Numbered from the stretch's first letter, positions 24,319 through 37,912 are shown. The stretch: 64,000 bases of DNA from Octopus vulgaris (GCA_951406725.2 OX597819.1:3162001-3226000), one strand, 5' to 3'. Numbers and translations: made by a program. The notes: a model not told the origin generated them from the sequence alone.

Positions 24319-25355
24319 CCCTTTCGTTACTATATTTCTGACCAAATTACACCCCTTATGTGTTTCAATTAATTTCTAACGTAATCATAAATTTAGTCTG
24401 GTTTCATTCAACAACTATAACTTTTTTATTTATCGATATATTAATCTGATTTTTGGAAGATAATTTAATGAAATATTCTCAATCAATTCTATACTATAAT
24501 TTTTGTCACAAAGTGACTCTATTTGCAGGTAGATACAGGTAAATTCCACAAAATATAAAATTATTAAAATTTTGTTCAAACATCGCTATAGAAAATATTA
24601 GCTAATATTCAATTGGGTATACAACAAAATTTTACGATAGAATTTGTTATTCTGGGTAACTTTCTGATACCCATAATAATATTTATGGCAAAATAGGCCT
24701 TAATTTCATTTAAGGTTGTGGGAAATAACAAACTATCCTTTCTTTCGTTTTGTTTACATTTAGCGTAACGGTTCGTTTTCGCTGTAATGATTTCAAATAG
24801 GCTCATTCGAAAAAGTAAATAGAAATAGCCTAAGGCTTTACCCTTCTGGGAAAGTCTGTGGCTTGGTCCAGTTTCTGCAGAAAAATCACCGAAAGAAACA
24901 GTTTTTAAATTTTCACTCCATTCAGGTGCCAATTCGTTTTCTTTATTGCTATCGGAGATCTCAGATTCACTGTTTTCACTTTCGGAAAATGAAACATCAA
25001 ATTCATTATCAAATACCATCTGCTTTTTTTTTCAGTCATAGAGTTAGATTTATGAAGGTCTTCAGTAGAAAATCCTTCGAATTCTGACTCGCTGCTTGAT
25101 ATAATGAAATTCGTATCCATTTTTTGTCAGAATTACAAATTTTGAAAACACAATAGGAACAAATTTCGGAAAAAAATCTCCCAAAATTCACGGAATTAAA
25201 ATTACACTTCGATTATTGTACAAAACTGTAGTTGAACTGTTTACGAAGTATAATACGTGTTTTCACGAATGTACTGAAGAGATTTGCTCTGATATTCTCA
25301 TTTAAATATGAATAGGTAAATTCGGGCGGCTTTGGGCGGTTTGGTAACGAAAGGG
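24319..25355 (-). mobile_element. Internally deleted piggyBac transposon with both TIRs, TTAA TSD and a transposase N-terminal remnant
   Basis: TTAA|CCCTTTCGTTAC ... GTAACGAAAGGG|TTAA. ORFs 24905-25120 (MDTNFIISSSESEFEGFS) and 24609-25019 (GP...YFYLLF...TNRYA...TTLNEIKAYFAINIIMGIRKLPRI) are the frameshifted PGBD-type N-terminus. No DDD catalytic core. Confidence 0.93.
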
Positions 25356-25368
25356 TTAAACATAAAAT

Positions 25369-25776
25369 GTGCAGGAGTGGCTGTGTGGTAAGTAGCTTGC
25401 TAACCAACCACATGGTTCCGGGTTCAGTCCCACTGCGTGGCACCTTGGGCAAGTGTCTTCTGCTATAGCCTCAGGCCGACCAATGCCTTGTGAGTGGATT
25501 TGGTAGACGGAAACTGAAAGAATCCTGTCGTATATAAGTATATATATATATGTGTGTGTGTATGTGTGTGTGTTTGTGTGTGCATGTTTGTCCCCCTAGC
25601 ATTGCTTGACAACCGATGCTGGTGTGTTTACGTCCCCGTCACTTAGTGGTTCGGCAAAAGAGACCGATAGAATAAGTACTGGGCTTACAAAGAATAAGTC
25701 CCGGGGTCGATTTGCTCGACTAAAGGCAGTGCTCCAGCATGGCCGCAGTCAAATGACTGAAACAAGTAAAAGAGAG
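25369..25776 (+). mobile_element. SINE family A
   Basis: Near full-length match to 15416-15783. Confidence 0.9.
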
Positions 25777-26555
25777 AATATTCCTTTCATAGAACTTTCC
25801 TATACTATAAACCTATTCTATTGTGGGAGTTTGGTGTAGAAATTATGTATTCGCTTATACTAATTATCCTATACTGAAAGTATTTACTCTGATTCAGTAA
25901 CTAGCACTCTCTATTATTCTTCCTAACAATCTATACTCGGATGATGTCGAGTAATGAATAGCAAATAAATTGATGAGAATGATTAAATGAATAAATAATA
26001 TAAAACAACCTAATCTGGATTAAATATTCTTTACTAGACTTCTCCATTATGTTCCTAGTAGCAATTATTTTGCTTGTTTATGCTGAACCATATTATTGGT
26101 TTCAAATTTTGGCACAAGACCAGCAATTTCGAGGACAGGGGCTAATTAATTACATTGACCCCAGTGCATAACTGGTACTTATTTTATTGACCCCAGAAGA
26201 ATGAAGTCAACTTCAGTGGTTCAGCATTAAGGTGGCAAAACCATTAGCAAAATGCTTAGTGGCATCTCACCTATTTTTATGTTCTGAGTTCACATTCCAC
26301 TGAGGTCGACTTTGCTTTTTATTCTTTTGGGGTTGATAAAATAAGCACCAGTTGAGCAACAGGGTCCATGTAGCACTCCTACCTCACTCAAATTTTGCTC
26401 ACATACCCATCTTACTAACCAATATGTGGTTAGGAAAGTATATCTGTATATTTGTGTGTTTATAATCACTATAATATAATCACTTCTCATTAATTTAGCC
26501 CTTTGACTTTATAAATTAAATTTACATTGAAGTCTAGTTTTAACTAGCCTATATA

Positions 26556-26769
26556 TTCTCTTACTTGTTTCAGTCAGTTGGCTGCGGCCATGCTGGAGCA
26601 CCACCTTTAGTTGAGCAAATCAACCCTAGGACTTATTCTTTGTAAGCCCAGTACTTATTCTATCGGTCTCTTTTTGCCGAACCGCTAAGTGACGGGGACG
26701 TAAACACACCAGCATCAGTTGTCAAGCGATGGTGGGGGGACAAACACAGACACACAAACATATACACAC

Positions 26770-26811
<42 letters not shown>

Positions 26812-26973
26812 GACGGGCTTCTTTCAGTTTCTGCCCACCAAATCCACTCACAAGGCATTGGTCGGCCCGGGGCTATAGCAGAAGACACTTGCCCAAGATG
26901 CCATGCAGTGGGACTGAACCCGGAACCATGTGGTTGGTTAGCAAGCTACTTACCACACAGCCACTCCTGCACC
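26556..26973 (-). mobile_element. SINE family A
   Basis: Full-length reverse-complement match to family A. Confidence 0.9.
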
Positions 26974-27776
26974 TATATATATATATTTCTAACTTATTCT
27001 TTTAACTTATATTTTCATTAAACTGGTTACATTCTAAATCAAACTCACATGTGTGTTTTCCTTAACTGAACCAATACACTTATATTTTACTTATCAAATA
27101 CTATCTTTAATAGCTTTAGTTAATAGCCTTTGATGGTCTCAATCTGAACTTCTATAAATGTGTTTAGTATTACCCCTGATCCTTATAGGAAGAAGAATGT
27201 TTCAGTTCCTCCAAGTTTATCCAATTGCTGATTAATTTTTTGCTCTTTTCCTACCTTAATTTTTCTTAAATTCTATTTTGTTAATATTTTCTGCTCTCAT
27301 CTTGGCAAATTATCAATATTTCTTGTTAGTTTCAAGGCAATGAACTGGCAGAATTGCTAGCGAAATGCTTAGTGGCATTTCAAATTCTGCTGAAGTTGAC
27401 TTTGCCTAGCATCCTGATTGTATCCCCTCCATACGCACACAAGCATCTATCTGACTCATGCATTGTTCGCTTTCCAGACATTTCTACATTACTGCATATA
27501 TAAGTTGTGGTGCACCTGAGCACTGTATACAATAATTTCATTATTATTATTATTTTATCCTTTCAGGGCCGATAAAGTAAGTACAAGTTGAATACTGGGG
27601 TCAATGTAATTGACTTACCAGCTTCCAAAATTGCTGGCCTAGTGCCAAAATTTGAAATTCCTATTTCTTATTAGTCTTTCCATTTATATGAACTTCACAT
27701 TGTAATTTCTTTTTTAACTTTTATTTGATGAGTGTGCATTCACAAACAAGTGTGTATGTGTCTATGTATTAGCATG

Positions 27777-28169
27777 GTGGAGGCGCAATGGCCCAGTGGT
27801 TAGGGCAGCGGACTCGCGGTCGTAGGATAGTGGTTTCGATTCCCAGACCGGGCGTTGTGAGTGTTTATTGAGCGAAAACACCTAAAAAGCTCCACGAGGC
27901 TCCGGCAGGGGATGGTGGCGATCCCTGCTGTACTCTTTCACCACAACTTTCTCTCACTCTTACTTCCTGTTTCTCTTGTACCTGTATTTCAAAGGGCCAG
28001 CCTTGTCACTCTCTGTGTCACGCTGAATATCCCCGAGAACTACGTTAAGGGTACACGTGTCTGTGGAGTGCTCAGCCACTTACACGTTAATTTCACAAGC
28101 AGGCTGTTCCGTTGGTCGGATCAACCGGAACCCTCGTCATCGTAACCGACGGAGTGCTTCTATCCATCC
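27777..28169 (+). mobile_element. Young tRNA-derived SINE, family C, with 9-bp TSD
   Basis: A-box TGGCCCAGTGG and B-box-like GTTTCGATTCC; CpGs retained; short (TCCA)n tail; flanked by ATTAGCATG at 27768-27776 and 28170-28178. Confidence 0.9.
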
Positions 28170-30789
28170 ATTAGCATGACTGTGGTTGTCTATCACCCTC
28201 TCACATATATCTGTTGACACTAAACTATAAAACTGATGTTAATATCTTACCCCAAAATAAGGACCTTATACAACAGTCTGGATATTTTTTTGGCACCATC
28301 TCTTTCAGGTTCTTTGTCAGCTAATAACACTAGTGACCACTATTATTGTTGATAAGAATTGCTTGGTGTTAGCTTTTATCTATTGTAATCAATTATTCTC
28401 TCTTCCATCCAATTTGTGTTTAATAAACTAAGTTATAACCACTCCCTAATGGGAAATGAATATAACGAGTCTGTTTCGTTTGTGCAGTTAATGAATTGAT
28501 TAGTTGCTATCATAACGTACACTCCCATGTGTTACTTTGTCCTTTTGTTAGAAAATAATGAATCTCTTTAGCACGCGAGGCTAATGATTTTCACTAGTTA
28601 ATGGCTCACTAACCCTATCACCTCCAAATGAATCAAATAGTATTTTAAACTACCCTTCACCTGCAAATTTCCTAAGCTACCATTATACTATTGGAATATA
28701 TCACCAAAAAAGCTTTTCATGGAGTATTAGCTGACAATGTAGCAATGTTACATAAACTCTTTATCGTATAATCTTATATTATCTTATAATCTTATATAAT
28801 CTTGCGTGTTACTGCATGTCGAAAATAGTATAACAATGTGTTAATAATTAATTTGATACTGAAGTGCAGGTGGTCATACTCAAATCATCCATTTGTTTCA
28901 TGTTTATTATGTATGCATGTGCATGTGTGTGTATGAATGCACATGTGCATGCATGTGTGTGTGTGTGTGTGAATGCATGTACTAGATCTCTCTCTCTCTC
29001 TCTCAGTTTAATGCCTCTCTTATCCTCATCACTCTGCCTCTCTGTCTTTCCCATAACAATGATTATGAAATAAATTATCTTTGTATTCTCACATTTCTTT
29101 TAACCATCTTCAACTCTCTTATCACCAAAGATGCCACCACTGTTTCTCACTATTTTGGAATCACTTGTTTATCTTCCAATAGTTTCTCTCTTACATTCTG
29201 TTGCTCTCTCTCTCTCCTCTACTACTCTCTTCCCACCTACCAATAACTCTCTTCCTTCCACAATACTTTCACTTCTCTCAACATCCTCTCTTGTATTCTC
29301 CTTTCTAGAGTAAAGGCTCTTCAGCCTGGTGAGGTGGAAGACACCCATGTATTCTTTAAAGTGGCTTGCAAATTATGTAGAGACAGCTTAGGGCTAAGAG
29401 AACATGTTAGTTTTGCTAAGGGTTCAACAACTTCTGCAGTACTGGTCCCAAGACAAAATACAACCAGTACATTCTGTAAAGGGGTTGGTGTTGGGAAGGA
29501 CATCTAATTTAAGAAATTATATATGTTAAAAATGGAACATATGAACAAGACATATTCCCTAACCTGCCCAGAAAGGTTGGAGGATATGAGCTGAATAAGA
29601 ATCGATTTGGTCTGTGACAATCTGACACACTCAAGCCAATATGGAAAGTGGATGGATGATGAGGATTCACCAAAACAGCCTACAGACATTTTGGTTACTT
29701 GCTGTAACTTTCCAGTTTTAGAAAAAGTGCTGCTGTCAAGTCTTTACAATTATGTCTGATATTTAGCTGAAAACTCACAGTTGTTAATATTGTATTAATA
29801 TATTTTATTAACCTTTAACTTGATAAAACTTACAAAATTCACTTTGTGATTTCAAAAAATAAGAAATGTTAAAAAAATCTTTTTATTCAGAAATTTATCC
29901 AAACTTCTCCAAAATTAAGAAAAAAAGCAAACATGATAGAAAAAAGGTAAATGCTTAATTTTTGATTTAATCATACAACAAACAGAATTTAATAATATAT
30001 GCTATATATAGTTTGAAGTTAATAATCATAGTATGTGATATATATATGTAGGTAAATGTTAATAATCATTAATAAGAGGAAAATGAATTACTTAAAAGAA
30101 ACAAACAAATATTTCAACTTTCTTTATCAATTTAAATGCTGCAAGTGTAAATTCAAAGCAAGAATAGAATGCATATGCTATTGCAAAGAAACCACTAATC
30201 TAAGGCGTGATATGTGCAATTCCTCAAACCAAATATGCTTGATGGCATAACATGAGTAAAAATAATATTTAGCCAGTTTTTCTTCCACTCACAAATCCTG
30301 CTGTTTTATTTCTTGAAGTGTCAGTTTTTTTTTTTCTTTTCATTCAAGTGCTTCTTTTCCTGATCAATATAATTCCACCCTTTTGTGAGTATCCAGTGGC
30401 TTGCAATACGACAGGGTTAGAATACACTCCATATTTCAGTTTGTAACAATGCTGATATTATCCTTGGTTGCTTGATGGTTGCTCAAATGTTTCATAGAAA
30501 ATATTCTACCAATAATAAATCAATCCCCAAAAAAAAAACTGTTATCCTAAAACAGAAAAGGATAAGAAAAGAAAAAAATCTGAAGAACACTACTATTCAA
30601 TCACAATCTTTTTATCATAACACATTTAACAAATGTGATATGATAAAATGGCTTTGCAATTAATTCAATTTGATAATGAAAATATTACAGCAGAGGTTCT
30701 CTAACTTTTTCTTCCAATGTACCTTTCATCTTGTCTAACAATCTTGGTGTATACCCCATGTGAAGAATACATACAAAATATATATTTAT

Positions 30790-31240
30790 TGATTTCAAAT
30801 TTGGGCACAAGACCAGAAATTTCGGGGGAGGGGTAAGTATATTACATTGACCCCAGTGCTCAGCTGGTACTTATTTTATTGAACCAAAAAGAATGAAAGG
30901 CGAAGTTGACCTTGATAGAATTTGAATTCAAAACGTGGAGACAGACAAAATACCTATCTCTTTTTCTTTACTACCCACAAGGGGCTAAACACAGAGGAGA
31001 CAAACAAGGACAGACAGACGGATTAAGTCGATTATATCAACCCCAGAGTGTAACTGGTACTTAATTTATCGACCCCGAAAGGATGAAAGGTGAAGTCGAC
31101 CTCGGCGGAATTTGAACTCAGAACGTAACGGCAGACGAAATACGGCTACGCATTTTGGCCAGCGTGCTAACGTTTCTGACAGATGAAATACCATTAAGCA
31201 TTTTGCTTAGCATACGAACGATTCTGCCAGCTCATCACCT
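30790..31240 (-). mobile_element. Family-B SINE nested inside an older related SINE
   Basis: A younger copy (about 30955-31180) interrupts an older copy between CAGACAAAATACC and CAGATGAAATACC. Confidence 0.8.
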
Positions 31241-33094
31241 GCAACAACATACATTTATTATTTGTTATTAATTTAAAGTGTTTAAGTCCTGATATGGCTA
31301 ACTTTGTTTTTCATTTTTTTTCGGGTTGATAAAATGAAGAACCAGCCAAATACTGGAATCATTGTATTGACTGCTCTTTCTTCCAAAACTTTTGGCTTTG
31401 TGCCTTTATAAGTATTATAATGTATAAGTAATATAAGTATTGGTAATATAAGTATTACCAATTATTGTAGTATTGCCACTTGTTATGACAATACTTGTTT
31501 ACACTACAACAGCATAGTAACAATAAAATATATAACAAAGCAGGGTAACAACAATGTAACAATCCAACAAACTCTTCACGAACGATACATGAACCAACAA
31601 ACTATCAAAATCACACCTTATGACTTCCTCTCACTTTGACTGCAACTTATTTATAGTCGTTCACTCAAGTCTATTCTTGCAGAGATGGTCGTGACTCTCG
31701 CCACAACAATAAGAAATTGCTTTTGTTAAATTTAATGTTACATCTTTAATCAGCTTGGCTCTTTCTAACGAGCAACTCAGTTCTAAGTAGAGTTTCAGAG
31801 AGGCACACCTACATACCATTCTCAGTTGACAGTCTTGCATGAAATCTGTTTTTCATTATAACATTGCTGAAAACCCTTGTTCATAATAAGTGGATGGGAA
31901 ACATAAAAAAGCTATCAACACATTTTCTAAATACACAAGAAGTGTTTAGTTGGATGTGATTATTTCATTGTTGCAGCCGTTTTACAAAGCTTGTATACTC
32001 TGCAATACCACTTACATGTCCATAAGAATATATGTGTACCCAAATTTGAGAAATGTATTGTAGTAGTTACAAGCAACATCATATCTATAAAAGAGAGGAA
32101 GTGTGTGTGTATGTGATTGTAATTTATGCACATCCACAAATTAGCATGCATGTTGCTCCAATTTTAGGAGGACATTTGTCAACATCCTATCTGGGTTTTG
32201 CCAACTTATTTTTTCCCCGAAGCACCCATGAGTAGCGTAAATATCTATTTTCAGACATAGCTTTTAGCCATGAAAAATATCAGCCTTGTACAATATAAAG
32301 GTCATTAAATATTGCTTTCTACTCAGTGTTTAGTATTTAAAAATATAAAATATTTGTCAATAGCTTAATAAAGATTTTCGTTGATTATATGTGTAGTGGT
32401 GATTACAAATCTAACTAGAATCATTTCAAAACTAGAATTTTTGCAAATCAAAATAGTTGAAGTGTATATTGGTTGTTGTTTAACTCCTGTCATGTGGTGG
32501 GTGGGGGACCTATGATTAAAAGCATTCTAGATAATAACTATCCTATATTTCTTAGACATAGCTTATCTCCGATTACATTATCCAAAGTATATACTTTTTT
32601 TCATGGGAAGGTGTATTTTGAGAGAGATCTGGTTGCTACTTTTAGCAAGTGGAGTGCCTACTTGTGCTTATAGTTCCTGATCCCCGACTACTGGAGTACT
32701 TGCATTAAATTCGTAGTTATCAATATGAAGGGGAATAACTTTGCAAAACAATGAACTCTGTATCCTTGAAGACTGGTCTATAATCGTAGTTCAGAAGATA
32801 GTGGAAGAGGGGGTAATAGCAAAAATAGTGAATTCGGTTTCGTAAGCAAATATCAGGAAAAAATTCTAAGTTATCTTAACTTTTACAGAGTTCCTTCCCT
32901 TCTTTCTCCTTTCCTAAGAGATTTATGTAAACGTGAAGGAGAAACCGTTTATTATTGTTCAAGAAAGCTGAACAAATTTAAGATTGTATTACGCATTAAA
33001 AAAAGAGAAAAGCGGGGGAGGAATTATTATTATTTTTCAGGGACAAAATATAAATGAAAAAGTAGAAAATACCAAGAATGGTAAAAAAAAAAAA

Positions 33095-33701
33095 AAAGGT
33101 AGACAATATGATGCTTGTGTACAAACAGCTATACTCTATGGTAGTGAGACATGGGCTCTGAATACTGAAGACATGTGTAGACGGGAGAGAAACGAAGGTA
33201 GTATGCTCTGTTGGATGTGCAACATCAGTGCACATGTACGACAAAGTACAAATGTATTGAGAGAAAAGCTGGGCATAAGAGGAATCAAATGTAGCATGCA
33301 AGAGAGAAGACTACGTTGGTTTGGATATGTGATGAGTATGAATGAGGACAGCTGCATAAAGAAGTGCTGGTCACTGAAAGTGGATGGCACCCATGAAAGA
33401 GGGAGACCCAGGAGGATGTGGGATGAAGTGTTAAGGACTGATCTCAGGAAGTTGGACTTCACAGAGGAAATGACCATGGACCGAGATGTCTGGCGATATG
33501 AAGTTCTTGAGAAGACCTGCCCACATCAGTGAAACTGAGTTGTAGAAGCATCGTGTGTCCCACCCACAAGAGAACTTCTCACACACTCTACCACAACGAA
33601 CCAAACTACATCCCTTCTCTTCCTAACACTTCCAATTCGTGTACTATGATTACCTCCCACTCCTCAGTCTTTTCCTCTTGACCTGGTACCACTGTATCAT
33701 T
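33095..33701 (+). mobile_element. RTE-LINE ORF 3' end and part of the 3' UTR; inverted duplicate of 35920-36526
   Basis: Encodes YDACVQTAILYGSETWAL...ERRLRWFGYV...RGRPRRMW and is near-identical to the reverse complement of 35920-36526. Confidence 0.92.
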
Positions 33702-34253
33702 TTTTTATTCACCAATCAAGTTCATGTTAGTTGTCTCTATTACAACCACCAATCAAAATTTTTCTTACATATAAATAGCTTCCCCTTGGTCGTGACATAA
33801 GGAACCACAGGTGACAAGGTGTACAAAGTGTTTTTAGTCAAAACGTTTGGCTTATAAATATTTGATCAACCAATGTTTATCAAATGCCTTAACTGTTTCA
33901 TAGACCTACAAAGCTCCCACTAACATAGTACCAACTCTTACAGTTACTTATAGTGCTTTTAACATATAAATTGCAGATATGCTGTGAATGGAAATGACAT
34001 CTTTGGAAACTTGTTCATTCATTTTAATTGTCAGGACTGTATTTAATTAAGAATTATTTGATTTCCTAAGTGACTCATGCAGCCAGTGGTCTTTAAGGAT
34101 TAAATACCTTATCAATTGCATTGAATTAAATTTGTGTGTATAATCCACTTTGCTATTCATACAGGCAGAACCTACAGCTGGCTTATCTTCAATTTCATAC
34201 TAAATGTTGAATGTCATTAGTTGAAAACATTATAAAAAAGAGGAAATGGAAAG

Positions 34254-34295
<42 letters not shown>

Positions 34296-34403
34296 CGGCC
34301 TGCTCGCTTAGCCAGCGGGATGGCGTCATTTGAAGGCTAAAACAATGCGAAGCGCATTGTGACCAGCGATGTGTAGCTACATCTGATAGCCTGGTCGGTC
34401 ACG

Positions 34404-34445
<42 letters not shown>

Positions 34446-34446
<1 letters not shown>

Positions 34447-34730
34447 TATCGGCCACGATCGGTTGGTGCTTTTAACGTGCCACTGGCACGGAAGCCAGCC
34501 AAGGCCGAACGTGGCCGATGCCAGACCCCCCTGGCACCTGTGCAGGTGGCACGTAAAAAGCACCCACTACACTCGTGGAGTGGTTGGCGTGGAGTGGAAG
34601 GGCATCCAGCTGTAGAAACACTGCCAGATCAGACTGGAGCCTGGTGCAGCCTCCTGACTTCCCAGACCCCGGTCGAACTGTCCAACCTGTGCTAGCGTGT
34701 AAAATGGACGTTAAATGATGATGATGATGA
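34446..34730 (+). mobile_element. RTE-LINE 3' tail fragment ending in (GAT)n
   Basis: GTGCCACTGGCACG...GAAGGGCATCCAGCTGTAGAAAC...GGACGTTAAATGATGATGATGATG. Confidence 0.85.
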
Positions 34731-34970
34731 TATATGATTCCGATGAATATGGTACTTAGGTTGAGGCACCAGAATTTAGTATGGTATTATCCATACAATT
34801 TCAAAGTAAAGTTATTAAAATCAATATAAGCAACAAGGATATCCAGAGGTATAAATACAGTTTGTGACACAGCTCCCCATTCTCCAAAACTTATATTCTT
34901 GAAAATCATACAAATACTAGATCAGTGAAGTGCTTTAATTGTAATTGAAATAAATCTTCATATATTTCTT

Positions 34971-37540
34971 ATCATCATCATCGGCATTTAACATCTGTGT
35001 TCCATGCTAGCATGGGTGGGACGGCCCCACAAGTGCCAGCCAGGCCGAAGCCTGCACCAGACTTCTGTGACTGTTTTAGCAAGATTCTTACAGCTAGATG
35101 CCCTTCCTCACATCAACCACTCAGCAGAGTGGACTTAGTGTTTTTTACGTGGCACAAGCACAGGCAAGGGCAGTTTTGGCAAGGTTTTTACAGCTGGATG
35201 CCCTTCCAAACACCAACCTCTTTACAGTGTGGACTGGGTGCTTTTAAGTGGCACCTGCACTGACAGAGTCACCAAGCAATTGCAAGACAAAAACTTTTAA
35301 GAGGTGGGGGTGAGACAGATAAAGGTGTCTTACTGTAGAGGAAGTACAAGGTTACCTGGCCTGAGAGAGAAAGATCAGAAATGAAGACAGAAACAGGTGT
35401 GCTACTGCAAAGAAAATACATAGTTGCCCAGCCTGAGTGAAGTGAGAGAGAGAGGGGGGAAAGAGAGAGAGAGAGAGAGTGGGAGACCACAGGATGGAGA
35501 CAGTGGTAAAATGCTGGACATATTCACGAGGAGTGGGGATAAGTGTATAAATGAGATGGTTGAGTAAAGGAAGAGAGAGATAGAGATGGTGGCAAGTGCC
35601 AGGGCATACTCTTGAAGTTCAAATGCCATAATATAAGTGATAGGATATCATGAAGGGAGTGTGATTAAAGAGTGCAAGTAAGTGGTGAAAGACCTGGGCA
35701 TATATAGAGTTGGAGAGGCTACCGGATAGCAATGATAGAAAGGACAGGATTGGGGAGTGAGAGCTAGGCATAATGATGCAAGAAAGAGATGTAGATTGGA
35801 TTGTTGGGGTAGGGAGGTAGAAAAGTTTTTTTGTTACATGTCAGAGGCTAGCAGATGACAATAATAGCATGAGACATGGCATGTGGGTATAATGCACAGG
35901 TCAGGGGCAAGCAGAGAGCAATGATACAGTGGTACCAGGTCAAGAGGAAAAGACTGAGGAGTGGGAGGTAATCATAGTACACGAATTGGAAGTGTTAGGA
36001 AGAGAAGGGATGTAGTTTGGTTCGTTGTGGTAGAGTGTGTGAGAAGTTCTCTTGTGGGTGGGACACACAATGCTTCTACAACTCAGTTTCACTGATGTGG
36101 GCAGGTCTCCTCAAGAACTTCATATCGCCAGACATCTCGGTCCATGGTCATTTCCTCTGTGAAGTCCAACTTCCTGAGATCAGTCCTTAACACTTCATCC
36201 CACATCCTCCTGGGTCTCCCTCTTCCATGGGTGCCATCCACTTTCAGTGATCAGCACTTCTTTATGCAGCTGTCCTCATTCATACTCATCACATATCCAA
36301 ACCAACGTAGTCTCTTCTCTTGCATGCTACATTTGATTCCTCTTATGCCCAGCTTTTCTCTCAATACATTTGTACTTTGTTGTACATGTGCACTGATGTT
36401 GCACATCCAACAGAGCATACTACCTTCATTTCTCTCCCGTCTACACATGTCTTCAGTATTCAGATCCCATGTCTCACTACCATAGAGTGTAGCTGTTTGT
36501 ACACAAGCATCATATTGTCTACCTTTCATTCTGAGTGAGAGGCCTTTTGTTGCTAAAAGAGGTAATAGCTCTCCAAACTTCCTCCACCCAATTCCTATTC
36601 TAGAGGCAATACTTTCGGAGCATCTTCCACCATTGCTAATTTGGTCACCTAAGTAACAGAAACTACCTATAACCTCAAGAGAGCCTCCCGGGCATTTGAG
36701 AGAATCTAATTCCTGTGTGCTCTTAGTGCTTATTAACTTTATCTGTTAATCTACCTGTGATTCCACTGCACCTCTTATGTGTCCATAGTTTACACAGGAT
36801 GCAGCGAATGGAATTTCTTCCAACTCCTTTCCTACATATGGACCAAGGTCATTTACCTGACAGAAAGAGAGTATTATCTTCTTTCTTCCTAACAACCACT
36901 TTTGTCTTAGTTAGGTTAACTTTTTGAGGCTCTTTGATTCCAGGCTTTGTTTCCATACCTGAAATTTCTTCTCCAATATTGCTAAAGCTTCTGCAATAAG
37001 GGCTAGGTCATCAGCATATAGTAGTTCCCAAGGGCACCTATTTTTGAATTCCTCTGTCATGGCCTGGAGGACTATAATGAATAATTATATTGAGAACTGA
37101 GCCCTGGTGAACCTCCACCTGAATGCTAAATTCATCACTGTATTCATGGCTGACTCTCATGTTACTGACAGCACAACTGTACATGGCTTGGACAGCTCTA
37201 ATAAGCCATTCCTCTACTCCTAACTTCCTTAAAGACTACCATATAACAGCAGGAAATTCTGTCGAAAGTTTTCTCCAGGTTGACAAAGGCTAAGTACAAT
37301 GGCTTACTTTTGGCCAAGTACTTTTCCTGCAGCTGTCCCACAAGGAAGATGGCATCTGTGGTACTCTTCCCAGGTACAAAACCAAACTGCATCTCATCTA
37401 GTTTAATTCTGTTTCTAATCAATTGAGCTCTAACCCTCTCAGTAACTCTCATGACATGGTCTAATAGTTTAATACCTCTGTAGTTGTTTCTATCTAAGGC
37501 ATCATCTTTACCCTTATAGCAGCTAATTACAATGTTACTG
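34971..37540 (-). mobile_element. 5'-truncated, degenerate RTE-clade LINE (RT domain through 3' tail)
   Basis: NYRGIKLLDHVM, DEMQFGFVPGKSTTDAIF, PWELLYADDLAL (near 37000-37035) and LYGSETW; (GAT)n tail at 34971; stops and frameshifts. Confidence 0.92.
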
Positions 37541-37561
37541 TGTACATATATATATTTATTA

Positions 37562-37912
37562 AGGTGCAGACACGGCTGTGTAGTAAGAAGCTTGCTTCTC
37601 AACCACATGGTCCCAGGTTCAATCCCGCTGCATGGCACCTTGGGAAAGTGTCTTCTACTATAACCTCGGGCTGACCAAAGCCTTATGAGTGGATTTGATA
37701 GATGGAAACTAAGAGAAGCCTGTCATATATGTGTGTGTGTGTGTGTGTGTGTATATACATGTGTGAGTGTGTGTGTCTGTGTTTGTCCCCCCACCTCACA
37801 ATCGGTGCTAGTGTGTTTACATCCCCATAACTTACCAGTTCGGCAAAAGAGATTGATAAAATAAATACCAGGTTTATAAAAAGTAAGTACTAGGGTCAAT
37901 ACATTTGACTGA
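37562..37912 (+). mobile_element. SINE family A (diverged)
   Basis: Matches the family A consensus and abuts the 5' truncation of the RTE LINE. Confidence 0.8.

Noticed and set aside
27779-27855. tRNA gene
   Set aside because: A and B boxes are present, but the sequence continues into a SINE body bounded by a TSD. The same applies to family A and B heads.
31481-31708. Solo LTR (TGTTATG...CACAACA, minus-strand TATAAATA)
   Set aside because: No matching target-site duplication and no second copy in the window.
32984-33532. 182-aa ORF as a host gene
   Set aside because: It is the RTE-LINE ORF C-terminus joined by chance to A-rich flank, with no ATG at the called start.
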